A stretch of 63,426 nucleotides of DNA, filler included, from Lenisia limosa (taxonomy: Eukaryota; Protista; Breviatea), in the NCBI GenBank assembly GCA_001655205.1. It is 13 parts of 13 records of this genome, joined end to end, with 100 filler letters (N's around TTAATTAATTAA, not from the genome) between each part and the next. Parts side by side here need not be neighbours in the genome. Positions count along the whole stretch, not along the records: positions 22,684 to 26,720 come from LPNZ01010378.1; positions 26,821 to 29,224 come from LPNZ01009464.1; positions 29,325 to 40,869 come from LPNZ01005550.1; 10 more parts are not named here. One strand, 5' to 3'. The notes under the pieces are model-generated. The model made no database searches. It worked only from the letters and a program-made list of their open reading frames with translations, and was not told the DNA's origin. The position numbers were made by a program, and so were the translations under genes. Below are positions 23,830 to 35,315 of this stretch, in pieces; the stretch's first letter is position 1; each line of letters starts with the position of its first letter.

Positions 23830-24006
23830 CTTATTTGTGTGAATTTTGCTTTCGTAGAACCCAACAGTTGGTTTTTTTAAAAAAAGTTCTATTCTCTCAT
23901 TAGACACTCAACAGGACATATAGTAAAAACAATTACTTTGCCTTTTTCATTTTTTTTTTCCATTTTGGTGACTTTTTCTGCTGTTGGGCTGAGTAGACCG
24001 CCTCGA

Positions 24007-24494
24007 TTAACCTTCGTGTTTCTTTGACGATCGGGCTTCAAGTCTTCTTTGGACGCAATTATCTGGAGAAATGTCAAAATCTGTTCAGACCTTACCTGTC
24101 CAGACAATCTTGAAGCAATCTGTAAAACCCTTCACTAAAACAAAGAACCGAACTGGTTTTAACACAAGATCCCGTGCTGGTCCAACGTTACTCACAAACT
24201 TGATGGCAGTTTCAATGATTGAGCGCTGCATATCGTCTTCAATAATTNNNNNNNNNNCGGAAGCTGCTCTAGAACACCATCTCATAACGGCAACTGAGGC
24301 TGCAACTCCTTGTAAGAAGCCTTTGTAAGAGTCATCCAACGTTGATGTCCTTTCATCGTTTAATATTGCACTTTTAACCTGAATAGCAATTGCTTGATCC
24401 AATGAAAGGTCTTCTCCAGCATACAGTACTTGGTTTTCTGTACGAAATTCCACAGCCTGTGACGGAGATGGCTTTTCCATAAAAGTAGTTTCAG
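24007..24494 (-). CDS. ORF2: paralogue of the putative C-terminal domain of the neighbouring pogo-like transposase
   Basis: Exon 24096-24494 (TFMEKPSPSQAVEFRTENQV...QGVAASVAVM...SIIETAIKFVSNVGPARDLVLKPVRFF) aligns by eye with the ORF at 25384-25880. Last exon 24007-24063. Possible upstream exons to about 24830 are interrupted by a gap. Confidence 0.65.
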
Positions 24495-25254
24495 CTGGGA
24501 CAGAGAGATAGAGATTAGGAGACTCAATAGGCGCATTAAGGTTCCTCTGACTATAAAGACCTTTTAAATAGCCATGTGTTACAAGAGGATAACCTTCTTC
24601 TGGAGACGGACGGTACAGTTTTCCTNNNNNNNNNNNNNNNNNNNNNNNNNNNNNNNNNNNNNNNNNNNNNNNNNNNNNNNNNNNNNNNNNNNNNNNNNNN
24701 NNNNNNNNNNNNNNNNNNNNNNNNNNNNNNNNNNNNNNNNNNNNNNNNNNNNNNNNNNNNNNNNNNNTAGTGTGACCTCCTTGGTCCGGTCAAAACGGCA
24801 GAATTGATTGCTTCTTCCGAGGGTTTATAATTCTTTTGTAACCTAAAAACAATGCAGAACTAACTTGAGAATACAATTATCTTAAAGATGACAATGAAAA
24901 TTTTTTTAACAAAAATTGCAAACTTAGATAGATAGAGGGGGTGAAAAGGAAAAAAATCTGGCGAAAAGGGAATGAACTGAACTGTGAACTGACCTTTTCA
25001 CTTCAAAAATTTTTTTTTTCTTAAAAGAGTTTTAATGAGGGCTGTAAGGATATTTTTGGATATAGCGATAAAATTGAGGTGCAGGGGTTGGTTTTCTGAA
25101 TTAATGATACGGTGCTCTTTAAAGATGTACATAACCATTCTGATAATTGTATGTCAAAAAATAGTTCATAGTAAAGGTCAAAAGGAAGTACCGTTCTTGT
25201 TGAAAATGATCATACATGTCAAAGAAAAACACAACTCTCAAAAAAAGACCATAT

Positions 25255-26720
25255 CTACAGATTCTTCCCTTTTGCTCTGACTTTACTCGCCTTTCGTGCT
25301 TTGGCTGTAGCCACTAGCTTGGCTGGGGTCACGGTGTGCGGACCCTGAACCGCACCTCGCTTGGTGNNNNNNNNNNTCATTCTACCTGGCCAGGACGAAG
25401 AATTGCCAGCTGTTCACCAGGCTTTGTGATGAAAAACCGAACAGGCTTTTCCACAATGTCTGGGGAAGGACCAATATCTACAGAACGAATGACAGCGTCC
25501 TTAATGATGGAGAAGTGTGATTCTTCGGCAGCTCGGGCGTGAAGGGGTGTGCTCTCATGTGTTTTGGGGAACCGTAATGCGACAACCGAAAGGGCAGCTG
25601 CGACACCTTGACAGTAGGCCTTTTGTTCAGAAGAAATGTCTTGACAGCGTGGGTCATTTGCTACAAATGCTTTTGCTCTGAGAGCAAGTGCTTGTTCGCA
25701 GGCGAGTTCACAATTACCCTTGGCAACATGCAGTGAAGTACGAAACTCAGCAGACTCAAGTACAGACGGAGTGTCGAGAAAGGTTGGTTGGAATGGGGTG
25801 GGTAGATAGAGATTGGGGGCTTGTGGAGGTTTGTTGAGGAATATAGTGCACGGAGGTATTGGGGGGTGACATTGGGATAATNNNNNNNNNNNNNNNNNNN
25901 NNNNNNNNNNNNNNNNNNNNNNNNNNNNNNNNNNNNNNNNNNNNNNNNNNNNNNNNNNNNNNNNNNNNNNNNNNNNNNNNNNNNNNNNNNNNNNNNNNNN
26001 NNNNNNNNNNNNNNNNNNNGAAACAGACGAAAGCAACACTTTCTGAAACGCCCAGTCAGCCCAACAAACCGTTTTCCATTTACTGCATGCCATCTACCCA
26101 ACTCCTTGCTCTGTCTAATGTTCACTTTTGCATGAAAGTAGCTGTCAGCAACCTATTGCGTCAGATACATCTTTCTATAGACCGTCACTTACTTGCAAAA
26201 AATGGCTTGCAAATGCAGATTCAATGACTATAATGACACTAAACAAAGTAAAGGCAAGTAGGGCGACCTAGAACAGTCATGCTTATAGGATCAAGGTAAC
26301 ATAGTAACCCAAGGTCCACCAGCAACTAACCTCCACAGCGACATGAATCTTGGCTCCATCGCATATACAAACGATGGGATGAGAAGGAGATGAATTATGC
26401 TTTTGGGACAGGAGAGCTAGTGATTCCAAAAAGGATTCTTGCTTGAAGTAGGCAGACTTGTTTACGCCTAATAGCACCATGCCGTTATCCGCTGCAGCTT
26501 TTTTTGCAGCTACAGAAGGGACAAATAGCTCGTCATTACACAGAGGATTTTCAGCGTAGGTCTTCAAAGATTCATCAAGGAGCTTGACCCTAGTCTTTGG
26601 AATTGAAGAAGAAATTGAAAGAGTACTGGTTGGAGGGGCTTGGGTGTTTTGTCAAGGAAATCCAATGATGATTGGCCCATTCACAACCTCACCATCAAGA
26701 TTTGAGATTGAGATTGCTGA
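25255..26720 (-). mobile_element. Intron-containing pogo/Tigger-type (DDE_1) transposase gene, 5' part cut by contig end
   Basis: GVNKSAYFKQESFLESLALLSQKHNSSPSHPIVCICDGAKIHVAVE|VALLAFTLFSVIIVIESAFASHFLQ|VADSYFHAKV matches the pogo pattern (S.WM...F..WL...P.LLILDGH.SH...TSH.LQPLD). GT-AG introns at 26268-26330 and 26153-26192. The join to the downstream ORF (about 25384-25880) is inferred across the N gap at 25882-26019. Confidence 0.72.
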
Positions 26721-26820
26721 NNNNNNNNNNNNNNNNNNNNNNNNNNNNNNNNNNNNNNNNNNNNTTAATTAATTAANNNNNNNNNNNNNNNNNNNNNNNN
26801 NNNNNNNNNNNNNNNNNNNN

Positions 26821-29073
26821 GTCAGCTTGTCGATTTCCTTGTCAAGAACTTGCTGGTTGGTGCTGGGGTTAATCGAGCGATACTCTGCTGAACTTGCCTA
26901 ATTGGGTAAATGCCAACTTTTTCCACAATTGGAAGGTAACAACAACAACAAAAACCCCAATTACTTCGGCTTCAATTCGGGCGAATTCGTCAACGCCGCT
27001 GTCTAACGCTGGAAGGTTAAAACTGTTGTTGCAGTCAANNNNNNNNNNNNNNNNNNNNNNNNNNNNNNNNNNNNNNNNNNNNNNNNNNNNNNNNNNNNNN
27101 NNNNNNNNNNNNNNNNNNNNNNNNNNNNNNNNNNNNNNNNNNNNNNNNNNNNNNNNNNNNNNNNNNNNNNNNNNNNNNNNNNNNNNNNNNNNNNNNNNNN
27201 NNNNNNNNNNNNNNNNNNNNNNNNNNNNNNNNNNNNNNNNNNNNNNNNNNNNNNNNNNNNNNNNNNNNNNNNNNNNNNNNNNNNNNNNNNNNNNNNNNNN
27301 NNNNNNNNNNNNNNNNNNNNAGCCGGTTACGTAGACTGGCTATTTCTGCCTGGGAGGAGAGGTGAAAACAAAGCCTAGGCCAATCGCTTCTGAATAACAA
27401 TTAACTAATACAAGGGCATCACATCGGTTCAAAAAAGTCTGAATTTCTCGATAAATCCTCGGAATCAGAACCGAAGTGAAGCCCAGCCATTGCCCCCCCC
27501 CCCCCNNNNNNNNNNNNNNNNNNNNNNNNNNNNNNNNNNNNNNNNNNNNNNNNNNNNNNNNNNNNNNNNNNNNNNNNNNNNNNNNNNNNNNNNNNNNNNN
27601 NNNNNNNNNNNNNNNNNNNNNNNNNNNNNNNNNNNNNNNNNNNNNNNNNNNNNNNNNNNNNNNNNNNNNNNNNNNNNNNNNNNNNNNNNNNNNNNNNNNN
27701 NNNNNNNNNNNNNNNNNNNNNNNNNNNNNNNNNNNNNNNNNNNNNNNNNNNNNNNNNNNNNNNNNNNNNNNNNNNNNNNNNNNNNNNNNNNNNNNNTGGA
27801 CTGACCACAGACGAGGGTTATAACAACAAAACAAATAAAGCCCAGGCCAGTTGCTTCTGCAACACCGCATCCCATCAACCCTAGCATAATCATTTAATTA
27901 CCCAAGAGAACCTGCGGGGAGGCGATTGATTATGGAGGGGGTTGGGGTTGAGGGAAGGGCTTCACTTCGGTTCGAAAAATACAGGTAAAATATCGAGTAT
28001 TGTTCAAGAAATTCAGTTTCTTTTTGAACCAAAGTGAAACCTCAGTTGAGGGGCATCTGTGTTACAATACGGGTAGAGCTTCACTTCCGTTCGAAAAAAA
28101 AAAAAAAGACNNNNNNNNNNNNNNNNNNNNNNNNNNNNNNNNNNNNNNNNNNNNNNNNNNNNNNNNNNNNNNNNNNNNNNNNNNNNNNNNNNNNNNNNNN
28201 NNNNNNNNNNNNNNNNNNNNNNNNNNNNNNNNNNNNNNNNNNNNNNNNNNNNNNNNNNNNNNNNNNNNNNNNNNNNNNNNNNNNNNNNNNNNNNNNNNNN
28301 NNNNNNNNNNNNNNNNNNNNNNNNNNNNNNNNNNNNNNNNNNATGTGTACAAAGCAACAACAATTCCCTCCACAAACCTGGGAGTTGGGGTCTCTCATCC
28401 GTTGGGCAACTTCCTCCTCCACCATTTCGGCCAGACGCTGATGTAACAGGCGCTCAAGCGACTGGTTTTCAACCTGAGGGGTGAGGGGTGAGGGGGGAGT
28501 AAAATTGGGAGATTTCTGAAACAAAAAAGCCCAAAATCAACTCTGGCTGACAACACACGAGGGTTGATAACAACAAAACAATTGAATTTATTCAAGTTTG
28601 GGTTGTTAATAATAGTATATTANNNNNNNNNNNNNNNNNNNNNNNNNNNNNNNNNNNNNNNNNNNNNNNNNNNNNNNNNNNNNNNNNNNNNNNNNNNNNN
28701 NNNNNNNNNNNNNNNNNNNNNNNNNNNNNNNNNNNNNNNNNNNNNNNNNNTCATTCGCAGAGAGAAGTGTGTCTAACAAGGTAAGAGACTGTACAGAATG
28801 TAATATCAATATGATAATGATATTAAGGTCGGAAATGCAAAGGCAGTGTCTCCATTAGTAATGATGTATATCGATATATATAATAGATTATATGATAAAT
28901 GTATCCTAAAGTGATGTATAAATAAGGTTGGTCTTCAAATAGGTAATGCAAATATGAAATAAAGACTTCATTTGACGTGGACAGTTATTAACGACATCTT
29001 TAGCCACCCCCCTCACCTTGGTTAGAACCCGAGTGAGTCTGGAATATCCTGTCTGTCACCAGAGCTGGGGCTC
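26821..29073 (-). CDS. Multi-exon coiled-coil protein fragment, unknown
   Basis: Exons GAPALVTDRIFQTHSGSNQ; SLTLLDTLLSAN; VENQSLERLLHQRLAEMVEEEVAQRMRDPNSQ (about 28375-28473); AEIASLRNRL; LDSGVDEFARIEAE; ASSAEYRSINPSTNQQVLDKEIDKL. Heavily gapped. Confidence 0.55.
27957..28042. mobile_element. MITE family A copy (further copies at 27414-27484 and partial 28076-28110)
   Basis: GGGCTTCACTTCGGTTCGAAAAA...TTTTTGAACCAAAGTGAAACC. Confidence 0.75.
28474..28580 (-). mobile_element. Family B copy at an acceptor
   Basis: Plus strand CTGAGGGGTGAGGGGTGAGGGGGGAGTAAAATTGGGAGATTTCTGAAACAAAAAAGCCCAAAATCAACTCTGGCTGACAACACACGAGGGTTGATAACAAC. Confidence 0.8.
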
Positions 29074-29422
29074 CTGTAATATATAAAAATCATGAAATAG
29101 CCGGATGGTGAATAGAGAAAAAAACACAAAAAACGACATTTCTCACCCATACCACATGAAATAATACATGGCTACACGCACCCCCACATATAGTACTACA
29201 CACACATAATCCCACATAGCCCCCNNNNNNNNNNNNNNNNNNNNNNNNNNNNNNNNNNNNNNNNNNNNTTAATTAATTAANNNNNNNNNNNNNNNNNNNN
29301 NNNNNNNNNNNNNNNNNNNNNNNNCCCCTCAGCAATACCCCCACAACTAAAAGAAAGCTCACTCTCAAACACTCTTCAGCAATCGATAATCCTCGATTGA
29401 AACAGTCTTTGTCAGACCGTAG

Positions 29423-29726
29423 GGAAGCCCTCACTATATCGTCTGTTCTCTTCTTGGTGACAGTTTAGGTTCTTCCTTTATTGAGTGCCTCTTCTACAAT
29501 GAATTAGGTGAGCTGGCTGCTGGCGAACCTTTTCAACTAGGATAGCATCCTCAGGTGCCATTCCCTCATCCCCCTCAAATTACATCCTCCTCATTCTTTT
29601 ATCCTCGGATTAATTTTTCCTACCTACCAATCAGGGTGCCATATTCGGCCCTCTGGTACTTCAGTAACGATCGACAAAATGATCCAAACCGAAGCCCCTG
29701 TCACTCTCACCGACCGACAATTCTAA
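29423..29726 (+). CDS. Possible last two exons of an unknown gene
   Basis: GSPHYIVCSLLGDSLGSSFIECLFYNEL|GCHIRPSGTSVTIDKMIQTEAPVTLTDRQF* with compatible phase. An alternative minus-strand reading also exists. Confidence 0.35.
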
Positions 29727-30290
29727 GCCTTGTGTATACATGTATATACTAGATATCATTTGTAGATCAAGTAGAAATTAAAAGACAAAAAGAGTATTCT
29801 GGCTGAAGCCGAAACGTCATATTAATTGGAGCATTTCATATGATCGTAATATTTACTTGCAAACCGTTGTGCATCAATAATAAAAATATGCAATGAGAAT
29901 AACGTTGTATGGTTGAAGCCGTCCACACCATCACGCTTTAACGAGATATTGAATTAAAGTATAATATTTATCCACCCAATCATTTACCATACAACTCTGT
30001 GCACACAGCTTTCTGCGTGCCTCCCCAGCAAACGATATCATCTGTAAATCAGGTAGAAATGAAAAGACAAAAAGAGTTTCGGATGAAGTGTATTCATAAT
30101 ATTTTTTTACCTGCAAATATATCGTTGCTATAATATCGATATCATATTTTTGTTGGTGCATAAATAATATAAAGAGAAATAACATAATTACTTGGGCGAT
30201 GGAAAGGTTTGGTGTTTTTATCAAATGTGGAATCGTATATTGAACAGAAACAAGAGTATACTGAAGAGAAACAAGAGGGAAGCGAGCAGC

Positions 30291-33200
30291 TTATCGGATG
30301 TAGTACAGGTGGATGGTGTCCTTGTTATTACGCTCAACAGCAGTGTCGTAATCAGTGGCACACATAAACTGAAAAATGAGGGGAAAAGCAATGCTATCCT
30401 CCGACGATCGCTATTAATAATTATAATTAATCATCATCTGTTGAAAAGCAGGGGGGGGGGGGAGGCAAATGGCGGAGAGATTATAACATTTATCATCGCT
30501 AAGATCCCTATTCGCCTTCGTTCCTTTCAGCTTACATTGCCTTGATGGCTCGAAAAGTGGGGTCGCGGTTCTCCTGTGCCCGAAGTAACATAAAAGGGGA
30601 ACTGAGTTATAGCCTGAACATATTAGAGGAGGATTTTTAAGGCAATTCTGCACGAAACCATGAAAAAGAACGTATTCGTTACCAGAATTCGAAATTTCTA
30701 TTCGAGATTCTAAAACGACCGGCTTCCTCCCCAAAATGACTGAATCTCGAATCCTCAATAAATGTCCATATTTTACCGGTCTTTTTCGGACCGTTGGGAA
30801 TTACTAATTTAGAAACGGGTGAGTAGTTGTCCCCTTATGCCCACAGAGTCGCCTTCGTCACTCCAGCCACTGAGGGCAGCAGTTGAGAAGTTATATGTGG
30901 CTCGAGGATACTCCGTGGTAAGGGCCTAAAACGGTCAATCAGTCCAATCTTGCAAATAATCATCAAAGATGTGAAGCAAAATGGGAAAAGTGAATAATAT
31001 TTGCGTTATTGCCCTCTGTCTGAGGGCAAAATCAATAGCCTATCGTGAGGCTTGTGTCATCATACAACCAATCAATGTTGTATGTTTAATAGAAAGGCAC
31101 AAAGAAAGTCGGAGAGTGAGGTGGGTAATAATAAAATATCTATGGCAAAAAGAGAAATGATACAATGTGGAAAAATAACGGGAGTACAGGTTTTTGATTA
31201 TGTTACTCATATACTCTGTATATTATTTCGATATGTACAAGAATAATAGAGCATACAGTACGTATATGGTAGATTGCTTTGATGGATTCTGACTACTATC
31301 TCTTTTGCTATCATTTGAACTTAACCAACTGATTTTGAAATTCATTTAGTTCCCAAATTACTTACAGAGGGGAACAGCCTGTTGCCACAAAAGCCGGAAC
31401 CCGTCGTGAAGTAGGTCACACATTCAGGAACGCTGGTGCTGACATCCACTACGGTGCCGGCTGAGTCCTATACCGTCAAGGGGATAGGAAATCCAAGGAA
31501 GTTTCAACAAAGACTTCTGGGAGGGGGGGGGGATTAAAAAGAAACCCAGACAAATTAACTCTGTTGGTCGATGGAAAAGAAAATTTTGGGGAAAAGCAAA
31601 ATTATATCTCAACACATGATATCATATCACAGCATGATAAATACCTTGCAGTAGAATCTAAACTCCGACGGCTGATAGTCGGCAACTGCAGAGCCCATGT
31701 GTCCCCATTCCTCGGTAATTTCTGGGTGGGGGGGGAGTAAAACGAAGGAAATGTCGATGAAGAATATTGGCGTAAAGGTACAAATCACGAAGCGTAAAAT
31801 CGGAAAATTGATGAAGAAAATTTTGATTTAGAATATTGATGAAAGGGCTTCATTTCGGTTAAAAAAAGACTGAGTTTCAATAAATCCTCGAAAACTATCG
31901 ATATTTTACTGGTCTTTTTGCCCTAGGCTCCTCACCAGAATTGCCTTCTCCAAGTGCCCTCTCCACGAATTTTGGGGGTGAAGAGCGGATAGATTCAACG
32001 TTATCCTAGGAGGTGAAATAAACTAGTCACACATTACCCCAGGTGGATAAGTATTAAAAAAAATACCACAAAAGATGGAACCTGTACTAAAACTTTTGTT
32101 CTTGGGTTTAAGGTGGTTCAGTCTTATTTTTGATTTTGCAAAGGCAATCATAAAAGTGCATGAAGAATTTAAAATGTCCCTAGGATAATTTTTCAGGGTA
32201 GTTTTCCGTATGACTTTCCGCCACCTACTGCATTTGCAAGGTGCTGATAATTACCAATAAGCATCCAAAGGTGGGAGTTCAGAAGTGCACAATAGGCCTA
32301 TATGGTGTAAAGATACAAAAAAGTGAAATCCTAGAACAAGAAAAGTCAAGATTAAGAGATAAACCCTATTTGAAAAAAAAAAAAAAAAAAAAAAAANNNN
32401 NNNNNNNNNNNNNNNNNNNNNNNNNNNNNNNNNNNNNNNNNNNNNNNNNNNNNNNNGGGTAAAAAAAACCCCCGGTAAAATATCGATAGTTTTCGAGGAT
32501 TTATAGAGAAATTCAGTCTTTTTTCGAACCGAAGTAAAGCCCAAAGTATAAGACGTACTTGTACCGGAGTAGCCATTAGATCGGTTTGGATCCAGTAGTA
32601 TCCCTCCGTGGCCTCTGGAAACTATTAGAGCCTGAGAAAAAACTCGTATTACAGCTCCGCTCTGCCTGCCCCGCATTCTTATAATGTATGATATAATGTA
32701 AATGTGCATGGACATATATATTAAAACAGGAATCGCAATTACCCCCCCTCCTACTGTTCCCCGAAATTGAAGCAAAGCAGTCTTCCACATCACCGCATGA
32801 AGAGTGGGGGTTCGCTTCAATTGTTCCGCAAAGGTAATTAGCCAGGGTGTTGAGCTAAATTATTACTTCGGGTCTAAAGCGATAAAAGTTCTTGATACAT
32901 TGAAATACGTACTACATGATATGATACAAAATAAAGAAAACAGTTTACTATATATCTGAAACTGTTCAGTAATACTGATCTTTATATCTGAAATTGTTCA
33001 GTAATACTGATCTTTTGCGCATCTTGAACAAGCGGTTATCTGGACTGGAAGAACCCAGCTTATTATAGATTTTGAACCTAATTTCGAAATTTGATACTAT
33101 ATCGATAAATACGCTTTTCACCCTCTGTGATATATAGCAATGAGAAGTAAAACAATAAGGTTGTATCTGGCCGAAGCCGTCACAACCATCACGCTTATAT

Positions 33201-34256
33201 AAGAGATATTGGATTATAGTGTAATATTAATTCACCCAATCATTTGCCTTACAATAAGAGTATCATATTATGCACGAATATCATATCAATTGAAGTAATC
33301 TTACCTTTTGAGTTGTATTGGAAAGCTCAGATTCCTACATCATAAAACAGAAACATGTTGATAATGTAAAAAAGGTCTTGGCCTTCACAATGAAAAAAGC
33401 TTGGTTGTACTATTTGAAAAATATGTGAGCTTCCCCCCCCCCCCCCCCCCNNNNNNNNNNNNNNNNNNNNNNNNNNNNNNNNNNNNNNNNNNNNNNNNNN
33501 NNNNNNNNNNNNNNNNNNNNNNNNNNNNNNNNATTTATTGTGTATTTTCTTCCTCACAAAAAAAGCAAATGTAATAAACCTCCACCTTTGTTTATTATTT
33601 GGTAGTTAATTGCGCAATTATTTGCGATGATCAGGTAATTAATAAAAAAATAATTGAAAATAATTGCACAATTAACTGCCAATTGAACAAAAGAATGTCC
33701 AATCAGATATCATATCAATCAATTCGCCAGACTTACAATGTTATCAACGTAGCGTTTGTTGGCGACTTCGTAATCAGACGTTGGCTCCAGACTACCTGTA
33801 CCTTTAGGGAGCCTAAATCCATGAGAGTTAGCATTTGCTACATTAATGGCATTTACATATGCCTTTCCGTTAAGCACAGTTTCGAAGAGAATATAAAAAC
33901 CATGGGCAATAAAAACATATGTCACGTAATCAGACATAGTATATTATATTATTATATGACATAATAAATATAGTACATGTATAATCACTATATAGTATAT
34001 GTATATATGATATATATATGATATATGCATGACATAATATATCAAATATGAAAAAATGGTGAAGAAGTGCCATATTATGTAGAAAGGAGAATTAGGGGCA
34101 ATCATAATAAAACGCGGGGTGTATCAGACTGAACATCAACGCTATCACCATGGGAAGTGAACAAGTTTGACAAAAACAATCCACAAAAGCTAACCTTATC
34201 TGGAAACCTAGCACAGCCACACCAAGCAAGATGGGAAGAAAAGCCCTTGTCAGCAT
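30291..34256 (-). CDS. Secreted protein: signal peptide, A.K.YVD motif, fibrinogen-like (SC..G.YW..YC..W) domain
   Basis: ATG 34256 MLTRAFLPILLGVAVLGFQI; exon 33737-33812 LEPTSDYEVANKRYVDNI; NPHSSCGDVEDCFASIS|EATEGYYWIQTDLMATPVQ|AYCALLNSHLWMLIGNY; further exons end ...GEPRPHFSSHQGN|FMCATDYDTAVERNNKDTIHLYYIR*. Confidence 0.7.
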
Positions 34257-35315
34257 TATGACCAGGCCTACAGATCACCTTAGCAATGTAGCTGGGAAAG
34301 TATTTTAATCATTTATTCAAGCCCATGAAGTAGATAACATGTATGCGCCTTATAAGGGATGGGGTAATGCAAAGCTGTGGAAAGTGCTAGTTCACATGTT
34401 TCCGAAATTAATTCAAGAGCACTTAACACAGTTCCAGAGAATACCAACTTATCTAATATATTCTGAATCAATTCTCCTCCCCATGGTTATAAATAAACGA
34501 GTTTACTCCTTATTGACCTACCTATCTGCCTGAAGTCAGAGTCGGAGGTGAGGTTGATGAAAAAAGATATTTGATGCAGGTATGCGGGTAATGATTCGAT
34601 AGATAGAGGCGGAAGAGGGCAAGGGGAGAGCCAGAGAGAACGGAGGAGAGGACAAAGGAAAATGCTGGCGTCATGACGTCATATTCTTTTATTAGTGGAA
34701 TCAATCGGTAAATCGGTAACTAGGGTGTATAGATCACACACATTGTCTCCGAACATCTGCCGAACGTTGTCACGCAAGTGAGCGACTTGTAGCCTTCATC
34801 AGGGACTCTCTCGACACTATCCCCCACGATTAGTAAGCATCACCATCATTTGATATGTGTATTTGGGGGGAATGCGGTAGGGGTCATGTATACCACTACT
34901 TGTTTTTGATAACATATCACTTTTTGAAGTATTTTCAAATTTGTGAACTATCCTACGCAGTAATATGATACCTCGTGTCGGTATCCACTCGTATGATAAT
35001 TGACAGTGATAACTCGACATGAACCCTCGTGTTATCTTCGTTCATCATTTTGACTCGGAAGTCGGTCATATGATCATATCACCGGTGGATATGAGTCAAC
35101 ATATTAAGTTCTGGACATATGTGAATTCCGGAGTCTTGGAGCTTGGAGAGTATATCTATATTATATACAGTATATGTATACCTCCTAGCTTGGAGACTTC
35201 TTTAAATCTGTAACACGCGTATCAAAGTGTTGACAGTCTTTCTTATTTCAGCCATAGCCCCTATCTAACCCTTAGGAAATGACGTCTCAAGGCTAACATT
35301 TTAGATATAAAAGCT

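Noticed and set aside
26652-26654. Non-standard genetic code (TGA readthrough)
   Set aside because: All conserved genes translate with the standard code and use TAA, TAG and TGA as stops; one TGA in a transposon is better explained by decay or an intron.
27035-28524. Long ORFs in the supplied track
   Set aside because: They are open only because they run through N runs.
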